Under the pieces are notes generated by a model that made no database searches, was not told the origin of the DNA, and worked only from the letters and a program-made list of their open reading frames with translations. The position numbers were made by a program, and so were the translations under genes. Positions 62,505 to 64,000 of a stretch of DNA of 64,000 nucleotides are shown piece after piece. The stretch comes from Fimbriosthenelais zetlandica (Eukaryota). The stretch covers positions 18,662,001-18,726,000 of the forward strand of contig OZ365116.1 in the NCBI GenBank assembly GCA_977030845.1, read 5' to 3'. How positions within the stretch are numbered: the first letter of the stretch is position 1; every line of letters begins with the position of its first letter.

Positions 62505-62610
62505 ACCCTCACCCCTTTCTCCTCCTCCTCCTCCTTCTCTTCCTCCCCCTCCTGCCAAGGTTTCATCCCCCACTCGTTTCTTCTTTCTGCTTCTCCTCCT
62601 CCTTCTCCCA
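62505..62610. repeat. Pyrimidine-rich (TCC)n low-complexity tract
   Basis: cctcctcctcctccttctcttcctcccc...; accounts for the poly-Glu and poly-Ser ORFs here. Confidence 0.75.
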
Positions 62611-64000
62611 TGGCTAGCTTAGGTAAAAGGAAAATGACAGAACACATGTAAATCACAATCTGCACGAGCAATAAGGACTATCACGGTCATCCAGCGAGGC
62701 GGCAAATCCAGCCCATGGTAAGGGCAAATGTGTGTAGGTATAGATCCAAACTGGCAGGTGCTTAATGCTGTAAATGGTACTCCAGTCCCTGCTCCTTCTC
62801 CTCCAGTGGGAAGCTGATCACATTGAGGGTTAAATCACACACATAAACATACCATACAACACCAAACACTCCCTTCCTGGCCCTTACTACCATATATAGA
62901 AACGTGTAAGAATCCCTTCTCCCAGCAATTTGGACCTGGAATCAGTGTCTCTTACTCTGTGACATAGGAAGTACTAAAGGTAATTCACTCACCCCGGCGG
63001 CCGGTTCCACACTGTTGATTTTGTAGGGGGAGGTCACTCACGACTTAATCACTCTGTAAATGTGAGGGGTTTTTATACTAGTACTACCACCCGACTATTA
63101 CACTGTTTCCCCTCATCCCCTCACTCCCTATCCCTCCTCCTGACTTCCCAAAAGTATATGTGTACAACTGTTCTCTTGGACAGTCAAGCAGAGCTAATGC
63201 TGACAGATATACTACAGGTTGTCTGTGTTTGTGCTAAGTCTGGTGTGCTAAGTCTTTTTGTTCTTAAAAGGGTCACCTTTAGGCTGGCAATATTTGTAAT
63301 AATGGTATATATGTGAATAATGTGGTTCTCCAGACATATATATATATGCTGTATGTATATGAGTGCCAAAACACGCAGGTCCTAATGAAGATAATGGTGT
63401 ATATATTCAACTCAGCCAGTCACGCTTCTAGCATTAACACATCTTACATGAAGCATGACACAAGGTGAATGTTGGCTCAGTGTACGTGAGAACTGGCTCT
63501 TCACTCCCACGTCAATAGCACCATCTCTTATCTCATTACACGTAACTCACCAATCAAAGGTCTTAATGATAGAGCGGAGTCCAACCAGCTTATGGCACAA
63601 TGGATTAATATCCCTATAGGTTCTGATACATCCAGTGACATAATCACTCCAGCATTGGATCCCAGTATTCATATTTGAGACGTATTATTATCATGTTTAT
63701 CCATGGTTGTTAGTGTGCGAGTATATATATTCATACATTTTATAACAGACCATAGCAGCTATGTCATGATCTTAACCATATGTAGTGATCCTAGCCCCTA
63801 CATTATATATTATATACGTCCAGTGCTCCTGTGGAGTATCCAAACATAAATCATCCAACTTGTAGGAGTTAGGAAGGTAGTATGGTGCAAGGCGCCAAAT
63901 TGCTTACATGGCAAACCTGAAGTGGCAGCGGGAGAAAGATGAGGTGGGGTGACCAAGGAGAGGTTTTTAGCTCCCCTCTCTTTTCTCTCTTACTCCTATA

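Noticed and set aside
62330-62671. Minus ORF with poly-Glu and a hydrophobic stretch, as a possible first exon
   Set aside because: Driven by the (TCC)n low-complexity tract; no in-frame ATG close before the hydrophobic segment.
55046-63912. 15-bp direct repeat aattgcttacatggc at 55046 and 63898, spanning a donor site
   Set aside because: A few 15-mer matches are expected in 64 kb, and it does not extend into the flanks.
1-64000. CRISPR arrays, rRNA, tRNA/SINE heads, telomeric repeats, histone stem-loops, intact transposases or bacterial operons
   Set aside because: None recognised by eye. tRNAscan-SE, Infernal and RepeatMasker were not run, so short or degenerate RNA genes could be missed.

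Overview
Eukaryotic (metazoan) genomic DNA, roughly 39% GC by eye. I recognised no rRNA, tRNA, CRISPR array or intact transposon ORF, and almost all ORFs in the supplied track are noise or antisense shadows. The one well-supported gene is on the minus strand and had to be rebuilt by splicing. Its exons are: signal-peptide exon 55056-55108, SUEL/rhamnose-lectin-type domain 53318-53617, CUB-like domain split over 52637-52803 and 47046-47253, Thr/Ser/Pro mucin stalk 46329-46874, and transmembrane exon 42199-42277. All junctions are GT-AG and the intron phases chain correctly (1,1,0,1,1,2). Beyond the TM exon lie at least two separate phase-2 terminal exons (16724-17057 and 14928-15189). Each completes the split Arg codon, opens with a basic stop-transfer stretch, carries 9 Tyr in signalling-type motifs and has its own stop codon. 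Weaker candidates for further tails sit at 37634, 36137, 25738, 23868, 22862 and 10014, and a possible 36-nt cassette exon at 29914. A perfect 15-bp inverted repeat links the start of the post-TM intron to the region upstream of one tail. The working hypothesis is one lectin-CUB-mucin receptor ectodomain joined to interchangeable cytoplasmic signalling tails by mutually exclusive last-exon choice. This is inferred from sequence only, with no transcript data or database searches. The rest is AT-rich intronic/intergenic DNA with heavily decayed LINE-like debris.
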